NCBI GenBank assembly: GCA_963674595.2
Contig: CAXXFV010000007.1
Coordinates: forward strand, 63,280 to 127,279
Direction: 5' to 3'
Length of the DNA stretch: 64,000 nt
Source: a bacterium
Lineage (GTDB): Bacteria > Zhuqueibacterota > Zhuqueibacteria > Residuimicrobiales > Krinioviventaceae
The position numbers were made by a program, and so were the translations under genes. Under the pieces are notes generated by a model, which saw only the letters and a program-made list of their open reading frames with translations, was not told the origin of the DNA and did no database searches. Positions 40,979 to 51,395 of the stretch are shown piece by piece (position 1 is the first letter of the stretch; every line of letters begins with the position of its first letter).

Positions 40979-43282
40979 ATGCGACTTTGGTACTTGATTG
41001 TTACTGTAACTTTACTCATTTTCAGCCTATTACATGCTCAATCCCGATCCGTTAAAGTGTTGGGGGTTTCTATTGAAGGTAATCATACAACAGATGCCAG
41101 TATGATTCGTTTGGCTTCCGGCATTGAATCAGGTTCGGAAATAACAGGGGAGGGGATTCAAGAGGCTATTAAACAGCTTTGGGCGCTTTCAATATTTTCA
41201 GAGGTTGAGATTTTAGTCGATCGTGAGCTTGCTGAAGGTGTATTTTTAACCATCAAAGTCAAAGAATATCCAAAACTTGAAAAAGTTGAACTTGAAGGTA
41301 ATAAAAAGCTTAAAAAAGACGATATTGACGAGTTGCTGAATTTTTATACCGGACAAACAATCAGTCCCTCGACAATAAAAAGAGCAAAAAACAAATTGCT
41401 GGAAAAGTATAAAGAAAAAGGCCATTTATTGGCAACGGTTGAGACAACTGAAGTGCCAAGTAAAATTGACAGCAATCGTGTTATTTTACGTTTTAAATTT
41501 GATGAAAAAGAAAAAGTACAAATTAAAAAAATTAACTTTTTTGGTAATGATCATTTTTCAGACGGCAAGCTGAGAAAACAGTTTAAAAAAACCAAAGAAG
41601 ACAAATGGTGGCGCGGTGCAGATTTTAACCGCGAAAAATATGATGAAGATAAGGACCTGTTACTCGACTTTTATCAGAATGAAGGATTTCGTGATGCTGA
41701 AGTATTAAGGGATTCTATTTATTACGATGTTAAAAAGAAGGACATGTATATTGACATTTGGGTCAACGAAGGCCTTCAGTATTCCTTTGGGGATATTACC
41801 TGGGAAGGAAATGAATTATTTCCGGCTAAAGAATTGAATCAAAACCTCGGTTTTAGTCCCGGAGAAATCTTTAGCAAGAAAAAACTTGATGAAGCCGTAT
41901 TTCAGAAAATCGGAAGTCTTTATTATGATATGGGGTACATTTACTCTTCAATCACCCCGCGCGAAACTATAAGAGACGAAAACGTTTTAGACATTCACTT
42001 TTTTGTTTCAGAAGGTAAACAAGCCAGAGTGAATGAAATTAAAATTACAGGAAACACCAAAACAAAAGAAAAAGTTATTCGCCGGGAATTGCGTGTTTTT
42101 CCGGGTGACACATTTAACAAAGCATTGTTGGAACGAAGCCAGCGTGATGTTTGGATGTTGAACTATTTTGCCAATGTAGAACCCCAGGTATTGCCGATTG
42201 ACGATGAACATGTTGATCTTGGCATTAAAGTAGAAGAAAAATCAACCGATACTGCAAACATGTCCGCCGGATATAGTGAAAGAGACAAGTTGATTGGTAG
42301 TGTGGGTGTTGCCATGTCCAATTTACTGGGCGGTGGTCAGCGGTTAAGTTTTAATATGAACTTTGGACGTTATTATCGTTCTTTTAACGTTTCCTTTACG
42401 GAACCCTGGCTCTTTGATACTTCAACGCTTGCGGGATTCAGTTTTTATGATACCAAACGTGAGCCCTATTATATCGGTTACAAACAGCAGAGCAGAGGCG
42501 CTTCATTCCGAATCGGCCGTCGTTTTAAATGGCCGGATAATTTTACCCGTGGTGACTGGATTTATCGTTTTGACCAAACCGAACTTTCAGAATTTGACAG
42601 CTATTATATAGAATCTAATCCCAGCGGTATCGTAAGCATGGGATGGCCGCTGATTACAAGTAGTATTACTCAAATATTTACCAGAAACAGCCTGGACCGC
42701 CCGGAATTTCCAACAGCCGGCTCAGAATTTACTATAACGACTGAATTGGCCGGTACAGTTTTGGGTGGAAATGTTGATTATCACAAACATACATTGCGTC
42801 TCGACTGGTTTACACCATCATTTTGGAAACTTGTTCTTTATACCAGTTTTCAGGCTGGTTATATGGAAGGTATTGGTAAAGACGCCAATATTTCCTATCT
42901 TGAATACTTTTTCATGGGCGGTGATGGTCTTTCACGATCAATTCCTTTACGTGGTTATGAAGATCCATTGGGCACGTCAGGCCAAATTTATGGTGAAGGT
43001 GGTAAATCCATGTTAAAGTATACCGGTGAATTGCGAATTCCTATTGCGCCAAATCCCACAATATTTGCGCTGATATTTGCTGAAGCTGGTAATACATGGT
43101 CAAGTTTTAAACGTGCCGACCCCTTTGCCATGCGCCGTTCTGTTGGTATCGGTGCGCGAGTATTTATGCCAATGATTGGAATTATCGGTTTTGATTATGG
43201 ATATGGTTTCGATCGTGTTAATAGTTATGGCGATCCGGATCCAAAATGGAAAATGCATTTTGTGTTTGGACGCAGCTTTTAA
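40979..43282 (+). CDS. bamA: Outer membrane protein assembly factor BamA
   Basis: POTRA repeats (ITGNTKTKEKVIRREL), LRGY loop, C-terminal F. Confidence 0.96.
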   Translation: MRLWYLIVTVTLLIFSLLHAQSRSVKVLGVSIEGNHTTDASMIRLASGIESGSEITGEGIQEAIKQLWALSIFSEVEILVDRELAEGVFLTIKVKEYPKLEKVELEGNKKLKKDDIDELLNFYTGQTISPSTIKRAKNKLLEKYKEKGHLLATVETTEVPSKIDSNRVILRFKFDEKEKVQIKKINFFGNDHFSDGKLRKQFKKTKEDKWWRGADFNREKYDEDKDLLLDFYQNEGFRDAEVLRDSIYYDVKKKDMYIDIWVNEGLQYSFGDITWEGNELFPAKELNQNLGFSPGEIFSKKKLDEAVFQKIGSLYYDMGYIYSSITPRETIRDENVLDIHFFVSEGKQARVNEIKITGNTKTKEKVIRRELRVFPGDTFNKALLERSQRDVWMLNYFANVEPQVLPIDDEHVDLGIKVEEKSTDTANMSAGYSERDKLIGSVGVAMSNLLGGGQRLSFNMNFGRYYRSFNVSFTEPWLFDTSTLAGFSFYDTKREPYYIGYKQQSRGASFRIGRRFKWPDNFTRGDWIYRFDQTELSEFDSYYIESNPSGIVSMGWPLITSSITQIFTRNSLDRPEFPTAGSEFTITTELAGTVLGGNVDYHKHTLRLDWFTPSFWKLVLYTSFQAGYMEGIGKDANISYLEYFFMGGDGLSRSIPLRGYEDPLGTSGQIYGEGGKSMLKYTGELRIPIAPNPTIFALIFAEAGNTWSSFKRADPFAMRRSVGIGARVFMPMIGIIGFDYGYGFDRVNSYGDPDPKWKMHFVFGRSF

Positions 43283-43337
43283 AGAATTAAATTGAATAAT
43301 TAAAATAATAAATCTAAAACTGTACGAGGAGGAAGTC

Positions 43338-43895
43338 GTGAAAAGATTTAATTTGCTGTCTGCTATGTGTGTTGTAGCATTGTTACTTATCGCTTCTACT
43401 GGAAATGCTTTAGCACAAAAAATTGGTTTTATTAATTCACAAAAAATATTGGCAACTTATAAAGAAGCCCAGGACGCACAGGAACGCCTTGATAAAATCA
43501 ATCGCGAATGGGAAGCTGAAGGCCGCGAAATGCAAAAAACTTTTCAGGAGTTAGGTGAACAGTTGGAATCTCAAAGTCTGCTTTTAAGCGAAGAACGCCA
43601 GAAAGAAAAACAACAGGAACTGCAGACACTGTATATGAAAATTCAACAGTTTCAGGCAGAAAAATGGGGACAAAGCGGTGAATATTATCGTAAACAAGAT
43701 GAGATCATGCAGCCAATTATTGATAAAATTGACAGTGCCATCAAAAAAATTGGTGAAGAAGAAAAATACGATTATATCTTTGATACTGTTGCCGGAAACA
43801 TTGTTTATGCAAGTGCATCTCAAAAAGATTTGACAGAGCTGGTAATTGAAGAGCTGGAAAAAGGGCTGGAATCAAGCTCTGAAACCGGCAGATAA
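43338..43895 (+). CDS. skp: OmpH/Skp periplasmic chaperone
   Basis: KIGFINSQKIL, coiled coil, YDYIFD; follows bamA. Confidence 0.93.
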   Translation: MKRFNLLSAMCVVALLLIASTGNALAQKIGFINSQKILATYKEAQDAQERLDKINREWEAEGREMQKTFQELGEQLESQSLLLSEERQKEKQQELQTLYMKIQQFQAEKWGQSGEYYRKQDEIMQPIIDKIDSAIKKIGEEEKYDYIFDTVAGNIVYASASQKDLTELVIEELEKGLESSSETGR

Positions 43896-43925
43896 TAGAG
43901 TATTGTTTTAACAAAAGGATATTTC

Positions 43926-44960
43926 ATGCCCGTTACTGTTCGTGAGATTGCACAATGGGTTGGCGGTAAAGTTGATGGCGATGAAACACTCGCCATTAAC
44001 GGTATTGGAAAAATTGATGATGCCCAACCCGGCAATCTTTCCTTTATAGCCAATCCTAAATATGCAAAATTTATTTCCGACACAAATGCATCGGCTGTTT
44101 TGGTTGAACCGGATTTTCCACAATCCGATAAAACGTTAATACGGGTCGAAAATCCATATTTTGCCTTTTTGACCCTGACGAAAAAATTTCATCAGGCTGA
44201 ACCGGAAGTTGAACCTGGTGTTCATCCGACTGCTGTCATCGGTACAGATACTCAATTTGGTGAAAATTGCCGGATCGGCGCCTGTGCTGTTATCGGAAAA
44301 AAATGCCGGATAGGTGAGAATACTATAATCTATCCGGGTGTTGTTATAAGTGATAACGTACAAATCGGTGATAATGCCATTATCTATGCAAATGTGAGTA
44401 TTCGTGAAGGCTGTTCTATCGGTCATAACGTCATTATTCACATGGGCGCTGTTATCGGCTCTGACGGATTTGGTTTTGCTTTTGAAAACGGTCAATACCA
44501 CAAGCTGCCCCAGGTAGGCATTGTCGTAATTGAAGACGATGTTGAAATTGGGGCCAATACGACCATTGACCGCGCCACTTTGGGAGAGACCATTGTTCGC
44601 AAAGGTGCCAAAATTGACAATTTGGTACAGATTGCTCATAACGTACAAATCGGTGAACATACAGCTATTGCTGCTCAGGCCGGAATATCCGGAAGCACCA
44701 AAGTGGGCAAATATGTTCGAATGGGTGGTCAGGTAGGTATTGTGGGCCATATTGAGATCGGTGATCAGGCAGCTATCGGTGCTCAAAGCGGTATTATGAA
44801 AGCTGTTGAACCCGGAAAAACCGTGTTCGGTTCTCCCGGACGTGATCAACGAAAGACCATGCGAATTGAAGCGAGTTTGGAACGCTTGCCGGATCTATTA
44901 AAACAGGTAAAAAAATTAGAAAACAGAATCCAGGAACTTGAGCAAAAACTCGACAAGTGA
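43926..44960 (+). CDS. lpxD: UDP-3-O-acyl-glucosamine N-acyltransferase
   Basis: IGSDGFGF, GANTTIDRA and KIDNLVQIAHN hexapeptide repeats. Confidence 0.97.
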   Translation: MPVTVREIAQWVGGKVDGDETLAINGIGKIDDAQPGNLSFIANPKYAKFISDTNASAVLVEPDFPQSDKTLIRVENPYFAFLTLTKKFHQAEPEVEPGVHPTAVIGTDTQFGENCRIGACAVIGKKCRIGENTIIYPGVVISDNVQIGDNAIIYANVSIREGCSIGHNVIIHMGAVIGSDGFGFAFENGQYHKLPQVGIVVIEDDVEIGANTTIDRATLGETIVRKGAKIDNLVQIAHNVQIGEHTAIAAQAGISGSTKVGKYVRMGGQVGIVGHIEIGDQAAIGAQSGIMKAVEPGKTVFGSPGRDQRKTMRIEASLERLPDLLKQVKKLENRIQELEQKLDK

Positions 44961-44997
44961 TTCTGTTGACAGATTGATCAGAAATGATGGAGGTTTA

Positions 44998-46398
44998 ATG
45001 CTGAAGAACCAGCAAACAATAAACAAGGAAGTTTCTTATTCAGGAGTGGGGCTCCACACAGGTAATAAAACATCGATCACATTCAAGCCGGCCCCGGCAA
45101 ATTCAGGTATTTTATTTCGACGGGTTGATATACCGGACAGTCCGGTCGTTCCTGCTGATGTTGATCATGTTGTGGATATTTCTCGCGGTACAACCATTGG
45201 TATTGGTGAAGTTAAATTTCATACTGTCGAACATGTTTTGGCTGCCATTAGTGGTTTGGAAATTGATAACATAATCTGTGAAGTTGACGGGAACGAACCA
45301 CCTGTCGGTGACGGAAGTGCCCTTCCATTTGTTGAAGTTTTACTTAAAGCTGGTTTTGTGGAACAGGACTCTCCAAGAGATTATTTGATGATTGACAAAA
45401 CAGTCGCCTATTCTGATCCGTCAAAAGGCATTGATATTGTTGTCTTTCCTTCTGATGAGTTTCGTATTACATTTATGGTTGACTATCAAAATCCTGCGCT
45501 TGGCACACAATATACTTCCATGTATTCGCTGCACGAAGAATTTGCCACAGAGTTTGCCGCTGCCCGTACTTTTTGCTTTTTAAGTGAAGTTGAACAGTTA
45601 TGGAATGCCGGCCTGGTTAAGGGCGGTGATATAGATAATGCTGTTGTTATCATCGACCGCAATATGGAAGATGAAGAACTGGCCCAACTGCGCAATATGT
45701 TTGGAATTGATTCCAAGGTTTCTTTGTCAACCAATGGTATTTTAAACGGTAAAGAACTGCGTTATCCCAATGAACCTGTTCGCCATAAAGCTCTGGATTT
45801 AATCGGCGACCTGGCGCTTTTGGGTGTTCCGTTAAAAGCACACATTATGGCAGCCCGGTCAGGACACGGCGCCAACGCAGAACTGGTCAAGCTTATCCGA
45901 AAAGAATATCAGAAAAAGCTGATAAAGTCCAAATACCAGACCACAGAGGGAAAAGGCGGTGTTTTTCTGGATAGTGAAGCCATTGAAAAAATATTACCGC
46001 ATCGTTATCCCTTCCTGCTGGTGGACCGTATTATCGATCTTGTTCCGCAGGAGCATGTTGTTGGTATTAAAAATGTCACTAAAAATGAGCCGTTTTTTAC
46101 AGGTCATTTTCCCGGAAAACCGATTATGCCCGGCGTTTTGATTATTGAGGCTATGGCGCAAACCGGAGGTATTTTACTTTTAAACACGGAAACAGACCCG
46201 ACACAAAAATATGTTCTCTTTACCGGTATTGATAACGTTCGTTTTCGAAAAATGGTTACACCGGGTGATACATTACGCTTTGAAGTGGAAATGAGCGCCT
46301 ATCGTCGTTCCATCGCAAAAATGTACGGACGTGCTTATGTACAGGGAGAGCTCGTTTGTGAGGCGGAATTAATGGCGGCTGTTGTTGATAATAAATAA
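44998..46398 (+). CDS. lpxC-fabZ: Bifunctional LpxC deacetylase / FabZ dehydratase
   Basis: GGAGG RBS before ATG 44998; TVEHVLAA and RHKALDLIGDL (LpxC); LPHRYPFLLVD and GHFPGKPIMPGVL (FabZ). Confidence 0.97.
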   Translation: MLKNQQTINKEVSYSGVGLHTGNKTSITFKPAPANSGILFRRVDIPDSPVVPADVDHVVDISRGTTIGIGEVKFHTVEHVLAAISGLEIDNIICEVDGNEPPVGDGSALPFVEVLLKAGFVEQDSPRDYLMIDKTVAYSDPSKGIDIVVFPSDEFRITFMVDYQNPALGTQYTSMYSLHEEFATEFAAARTFCFLSEVEQLWNAGLVKGGDIDNAVVIIDRNMEDEELAQLRNMFGIDSKVSLSTNGILNGKELRYPNEPVRHKALDLIGDLALLGVPLKAHIMAARSGHGANAELVKLIRKEYQKKLIKSKYQTTEGKGGVFLDSEAIEKILPHRYPFLLVDRIIDLVPQEHVVGIKNVTKNEPFFTGHFPGKPIMPGVLIIEAMAQTGGILLLNTETDPTQKYVLFTGIDNVRFRKMVTPGDTLRFEVEMSAYRRSIAKMYGRAYVQGELVCEAELMAAVVDNK

Positions 46399-46410
46399 AA
46401 GGATATTTAC

Positions 46411-47190
46411 TTGATAGAAATTCATTCAACTGCTATTGTTGATAAAAAGGCCCAAATTGGTGAAAACGTCTCTATAGGGGCCTTTTCTGTTGTTGAGGGA
46501 GATGTTGTTATTCAGGACGAAACCCAAATCGGTCCGCACACACTCATTGCGAATGGTGCCCGAATTGGGAAAAATGTAAAAATTCATAACGGCGCTGTTG
46601 TTTCCACCGTCCCTCAGGACCTGAAATTTGGCGGAGAAAGTACAACGTTTCAAATAGGTGACAATACCACTGTCAGAGAATTTTGTACATTAAACAGAGG
46701 CACTGATGCCCATCAAACCAGCATCGTTGGTAAAGATTGTTTGGTTATGGCCTATGCTCACGTGGCGCATGACTGTATTATAGGAGATAATGTTATCCTG
46801 GCAAATGGTGTACAGCTCGGCGGTCACGTTGAAATTGAAGATTGGGCCATTATCGGTGGTATGACACCCATTCACCAGTTTTGCCATGTCGGTCAGCATT
46901 GTATGGTTGGCGGTGGTTTACGTGTCATTCAGGATATTCCTCCCTATATTCTGGTTGGTGGAGAACCGCTTCGGTTTGGCGGTTTAAATTCAATCGGTTT
47001 ACAGCGCAGAGGCTTTTCCAGTGATGTCATTACTGCACTTAAAAGAGCTTATCGTTTGATATATCGTTCCAATCTTAATATTTCTCAGGCTGTTGATCGA
47101 ATTAAAAACGAGTTCGAGATCACACCAGAGATAAACAATGTTCTCGATTTTATTAACCGATCTGATCGGGGCATTTTAAAAAGTAAATAA
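46411..47190 (+). CDS. lpxA: UDP-N-acetylglucosamine O-acyltransferase
   Basis: PQDLKF, AHVAHDC, GGHV and IHQF. Confidence 0.97.
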   Translation: MIEIHSTAIVDKKAQIGENVSIGAFSVVEGDVVIQDETQIGPHTLIANGARIGKNVKIHNGAVVSTVPQDLKFGGESTTFQIGDNTTVREFCTLNRGTDAHQTSIVGKDCLVMAYAHVAHDCIIGDNVILANGVQLGGHVEIEDWAIIGGMTPIHQFCHVGQHCMVGGGLRVIQDIPPYILVGGEPLRFGGLNSIGLQRRGFSSDVITALKRAYRLIYRSNLNISQAVDRIKNEFEITPEINNVLDFINRSDRGILKSK

Positions 47191-47202
47191 TCGGGGAAGC
47201 TC

Positions 47203-48021
47203 TTGAATAATCCTCAAAATGTATGGCGGTTTATTAATTCCGAACCGTCCGATGGCGCTATGAATATGGCCGTTGATGTGGCCATGACCCATTCTTCAAA
47301 TCAAAATATTCGGCCGACTTTACGCTTTTATCAATGGAACCCTTTTGCTATTTCACTCGGGTTCCACCAGTCTGAAAAAGACATTGATACTGATAAATGT
47401 AAAGATGCAGGTATTGATGTTGTTAAACGTCCCACAGGAGGGCGTGCCATTCTTCACGCTGTTGAGTTAACCTATTCCGTTGTTTTACCAAATACAAGCC
47501 GGTTTTACAGTCCTGAAATTTTACCTGTGTATGATTTAATCAGCAATTGTATTATGGCTGGTTTAAAAAAACTGGATATAACGGCTGATTTTGAGCGCGC
47601 AAAAAAAACACCTGAAAATTTTTCCCGTGGTGAACTTTCATCGTTATGTTATGCCTCTTCGGTCCAGTATGAAATTGCTTTAAAAGATAAAAAACTGGTC
47701 GGCAGTGCCCAACGTCGGTTTGATGATGCTGTATTACAGCATGGTTCCATCTTGATCGGAAAACGTCATTTGGACTTGCCGTTGTTTTTAACAAAGGGAG
47801 ATGATAAATGGCGTTCAGCAGTGCGACGATATATGGAAAAAAATACCATCTGCCTTGAAGATATTATCGGAACCAATCTTGACTTGGAAAAGCTTGTTCA
47901 GGCGGTTAAGCAGGGATTTGCCGAAACGCTGCAGGTAGAGTTTGAACAAGAGGATTTGACAAAATTTGAACTTGAAACGGCAAAACAGATGCGTGAAAAA
48001 TATCTGGTTTTTTCCGGCTAA
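47203..48021 (+). CDS. Lipoate-protein ligase A family protein (LipM/LplA-like)
   Basis: NMAVD, RPTGGRAILH, KKLVGSAQRR and LQHGSI. Confidence 0.9.
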   Translation: MNNPQNVWRFINSEPSDGAMNMAVDVAMTHSSNQNIRPTLRFYQWNPFAISLGFHQSEKDIDTDKCKDAGIDVVKRPTGGRAILHAVELTYSVVLPNTSRFYSPEILPVYDLISNCIMAGLKKLDITADFERAKKTPENFSRGELSSLCYASSVQYEIALKDKKLVGSAQRRFDDAVLQHGSILIGKRHLDLPLFLTKGDDKWRSAVRRYMEKNTICLEDIIGTNLDLEKLVQAVKQGFAETLQVEFEQEDLTKFELETAKQMREKYLVFSG

Positions 48022-48030
48022 AAATAAACG

Positions 48031-49191
48031 ATGTGTAAAATTATGAAAAAAAGAATTATCATATTAGGCTCTACCGGTTCCATAGGGACCAATTGCCTGG
48101 ATATTGTGAAACGTTTGCCTGAAAAATTTGAGGTTGTCGCCCTGACAACAAACAGCCGTGTTGATCTGTTAAAAAATCAGGTAAAAGAATTTAAACCTGC
48201 CATGGCAGCAATTACCGGCGTTGACTCTGATCCGGGAATTTCTTCCGACACCCGTTATTTTTACGGTAAAGATGCCCTGGTTCAAATTTTAGAAGAAAAT
48301 GACTATGATCTGCTGATCAATGCTGTTGTCGGTGCTGCCGGTTTTTTACCGACCCTGAAAGCGTTGGAACAGGGTAAAAATGTAGCGCTGGCAAATAAAG
48401 AGACCCTGGTCGTTGGCGGTGAAATTATTACCCGAATTGCCAAAGAAAATAACTGCTCGATATGGCCTATTGACAGTGAACACAGCGCTATTTTTCAATG
48501 TTTAATGGGTGAAGAATATAGCAATATTGACAAGATTATTTTAACAGCGTCCGGTGGACCCTTTCGTGCATCGACTATGGAAGAATTGGAAAAGGTTACT
48601 GTAGAGCAGGCGCTGAAACACCCGAACTGGAATATGGGGCATAAAATAACCATCGATTCAGCCACTATGATGAATAAGGGACTGGAAGTGATTGAAGCGC
48701 GCTGGTTGTTTGATGTGACTGCTTCTCAAATTGAGGTGGTCATTCATCCGCAGTCCATTATACATTCCATGGTGGAATTTTGCGACGGTTCCATCAAAGC
48801 CCAGCTTGGTGTGCCGGATATGCGGATTCCTATACAGCTTGCCATGACATTTCCCGATCGATTTCCTTCTGATTTACCCAGACTTGATTTCAAGACCCTA
48901 AAAAATTTAACATTTGAGCAGCCGGATTTAAAAAAGTTTAAAGCTCTCAAACTTGCCTTTGAATCGCTTGAAACTCAGGGAACAGCACCGGCTGTATTGA
49001 ATGCTTCCAATGAAATAGCTGTGGCGTTATTTTTGCATAAAAAAATCAAGTTTTTAGATATAGCAAATATTGTAGAAAATGTACTAAATGATCACCAGGT
49101 TGTTAAAAATCCCCAGGTTAAAGATTTATTATACGCCGACGAATGGGCCAGAAAAAAAACAAGTGAATACGGCAGCAAGGTTGATTGTTAA
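48031..49191 (+). CDS. dxr: 1-deoxy-D-xylulose-5-phosphate reductoisomerase
   Basis: LGSTGSIG, LANKE, PIDSEH and DSATMMNKGLEVIEA. Confidence 0.98.
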   Translation: MCKIMKKRIIILGSTGSIGTNCLDIVKRLPEKFEVVALTTNSRVDLLKNQVKEFKPAMAAITGVDSDPGISSDTRYFYGKDALVQILEENDYDLLINAVVGAAGFLPTLKALEQGKNVALANKETLVVGGEIITRIAKENNCSIWPIDSEHSAIFQCLMGEEYSNIDKIILTASGGPFRASTMEELEKVTVEQALKHPNWNMGHKITIDSATMMNKGLEVIEARWLFDVTASQIEVVIHPQSIIHSMVEFCDGSIKAQLGVPDMRIPIQLAMTFPDRFPSDLPRLDFKTLKNLTFEQPDLKKFKALKLAFESLETQGTAPAVLNASNEIAVALFLHKKIKFLDIANIVENVLNDHQVVKNPQVKDLLYADEWARKKTSEYGSKVDC

Positions 49192-49276
49192 TGATATATA
49201 AATATTGAATCGTTTTGTTTGTATCTCTATCAAATTAATGTATTTTGAATTTTGATGTATTTTAAGAGGATTATTT

Positions 49277-50347
49277 ATGGCACATATTTTTCAAATGTTT
49301 TATTCCTACATATTACCTTTTGCCTTTGTCCTTGGACTTTTAATTGTTGTTCATGAATTGGGTCATTTTTTAATTGCCAAACTAGTTGGTATTCGTGTTG
49401 AACGTTTTTCTATTGGATTCCCTCCAAGATTGTTTGGAAAACAAATTGGTGATACGGATTATTGTGTTTCTGCTGTTCCTTTTGGCGGCTATGTCAAAAT
49501 GTCCGGAATGATTGATGAAAGTATGGATACCGACGGCATTAAAGGCGAACCCTGGGAGTTTATGTCAAAACCGATCTGGATGCGTTCGCTTGTTATTTTT
49601 GCAGGACCGGCATTTAATGTTCTTTTAACGGTTATCATTTTTTCTGCCAGTGTTTATGTTACCGGTATTGCAGAAACAATCGGCCCGATTGTTGGTCAGG
49701 TAATGAAAGAGTCTCCGGCCGAATCTATCGGACTCCATGAAGGGGATATCATTAAAGCTATTGACGGTAAACCCATTGAAACGTGGAACGATATGGTAAT
49801 GGTCATTCATGCTGCCTCTGATAAAGAGCTGTTGTTGGAGTGGGAACGAAATGGTGAACAGTTTTCGTCTGCTGTAACACCAAAGCTGGACAAAATCCAG
49901 GGTGTGGGATTAATCGGGATCAGTCCTGCTACTGAAATGCGTGATGCGGGTATTTTTGAATCCATTGCGGTTGGATCGCGCTCAACCTGGAATTTGATTG
50001 AATTAGTAGGCAGGTCATTTGGACTTTTATTCAGCGGTCAGGTTCCTTTTAAAGAAGGTCTTGCAGGACCGGTACGCATCGCTCAGATGGCCGGTGATTC
50101 TGCAAAAACCGGCTTTACAAATTTAATGGTATTCGCTGCGTTTTTGAGTCTTAATTTAGGAATTTTAAACCTGTTCCCGTTTCCGGTTCTGGATGGCGGA
50201 CATTTGGTTTTTCTCGGAATCGAAGCGATTATTCGCCGTCCCTTGTCGGTAAAATTGAAAATGATTGTTCAACAAGTCGGTATGGCAATCCTGCTCGCTC
50301 TAATGATTTTTGTTATTTTTAACGATTTTTCACAACTATTTAAATAG
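49277..50347 (+). CDS. rseP: RIP metalloprotease RseP
   Basis: HELGH, PDZ domain, NLFPFPVLDGG. Confidence 0.97.
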   Translation: MAHIFQMFYSYILPFAFVLGLLIVVHELGHFLIAKLVGIRVERFSIGFPPRLFGKQIGDTDYCVSAVPFGGYVKMSGMIDESMDTDGIKGEPWEFMSKPIWMRSLVIFAGPAFNVLLTVIIFSASVYVTGIAETIGPIVGQVMKESPAESIGLHEGDIIKAIDGKPIETWNDMVMVIHAASDKELLLEWERNGEQFSSAVTPKLDKIQGVGLIGISPATEMRDAGIFESIAVGSRSTWNLIELVGRSFGLLFSGQVPFKEGLAGPVRIAQMAGDSAKTGFTNLMVFAAFLSLNLGILNLFPFPVLDGGHLVFLGIEAIIRRPLSVKLKMIVQQVGMAILLALMIFVIFNDFSQLFK

Positions 50348-50358
50348 TTTATATATAT

Positions 50359-50386
50359 AACCAGCGTCTTGGACGCTGGTTTTTTT
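50359..50386 (+). terminator. Rho-independent terminator
   Basis: AACCAGCGTC-TTG-GACGCTGGTT followed by a T-run. Confidence 0.88.
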
Positions 50387-50399
50387 ATTCACACGGGTA

Positions 50400-51395
50400 T
50401 TGATTTTGAAATGGTCTAAAGCAATAATAGAAAAGTACATCCGGCTTATGCAGCAGCAGAAAATTCTGGTGTTGGGTGATTTAATGCTGGATGAGTTTAT
50501 ATGGGGTAAGGTAACCCGTATTTCACCGGAAGCGCCGGTGCCGGTGGTCCATGTCACCAAAGATTCTGCCTACCCTGGTGGTGCCGCTAATGTCGCCCGA
50601 AATTTGGCTGATTTTGGAGTAACCGCTATTGTCGGCGGTATTATAGGTCAGGATGCAAACGGTTCAAGATTGGTCGAATCGCTGAGCAATTCAAATATTT
50701 CTACGGAAGGATTGTTTCGTATCCGGGATTTTGAAACGATAGTTAAAACCCGTATTATTGCCCTGCACCAACAAGTGGTTCGGGTAGATCGTGAAAAAAA
50801 GTACCATTTAAATGATGAACAATATGAACAATTATTAAAAAAAATTGATAATTTATTACCCTCTGTTTCAGCCGTTGTTCTGGAAGATTATGGAAAAGGA
50901 TTTTTTAATCAGATGTTGGCTGATCAAATTATTGCCATGTGCCGGCAGAAAAATAAAATTGTTACTGTTGATCCCAATCCTCTAAATCTTATAGACTGGT
51001 CCGGTGCTACCTTGGTAAAACCAAATCGTCAGGAAGCCTGTATGGCGGCAAATATTCCAATGGATGATGACGTTGATATGACCAGTGTCAGTAAAATTTT
51101 AATGAAAAAATGGAACGTATCCTATTTATTGATAACACTCGGAGAAAAGGGCATGGCCCTGTTTCATCCTGATGAGGAAACATACACAACCCCGACACGG
51201 GCCAAAGAAGTTTATGATGTTTCCGGTGCCGGTGATACGGTTATTGCCTGCTTTACGGCAGCGCTGGCCGCAGGAATTTCCGGCAATGGAGCGGCAGAAA
51301 TTGCCAATCATGCTGCCGGTGTCGTGGTCGGCAAGTTGGGAACAGCAACACTGCAACCGCATGAATTGATGAGTAGTTTATTATATGAAAAATAA
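50400..51395 (+). CDS. rfaE1: D-glycero-D-manno-heptose-7-phosphate kinase (kinase domain only)
   Basis: RISPEAPVPVV, GGAANVA and DVSGAGDTV. Confidence 0.93.
   Translation: MILKWSKAIIEKYIRLMQQQKILVLGDLMLDEFIWGKVTRISPEAPVPVVHVTKDSAYPGGAANVARNLADFGVTAIVGGIIGQDANGSRLVESLSNSNISTEGLFRIRDFETIVKTRIIALHQQVVRVDREKKYHLNDEQYEQLLKKIDNLLPSVSAVVLEDYGKGFFNQMLADQIIAMCRQKNKIVTVDPNPLNLIDWSGATLVKPNRQEACMAANIPMDDDVDMTSVSKILMKKWNVSYLLITLGEKGMALFHPDEETYTTPTRAKEVYDVSGAGDTVIACFTAALAAGISGNGAAEIANHAAGVVVGKLGTATLQPHELMSSLLYEK

Noticed and set aside
44136-44849. 237-aa antisense ORF
   Set aside because: Shadow of lpxD on the opposite strand; no recognisable motifs.
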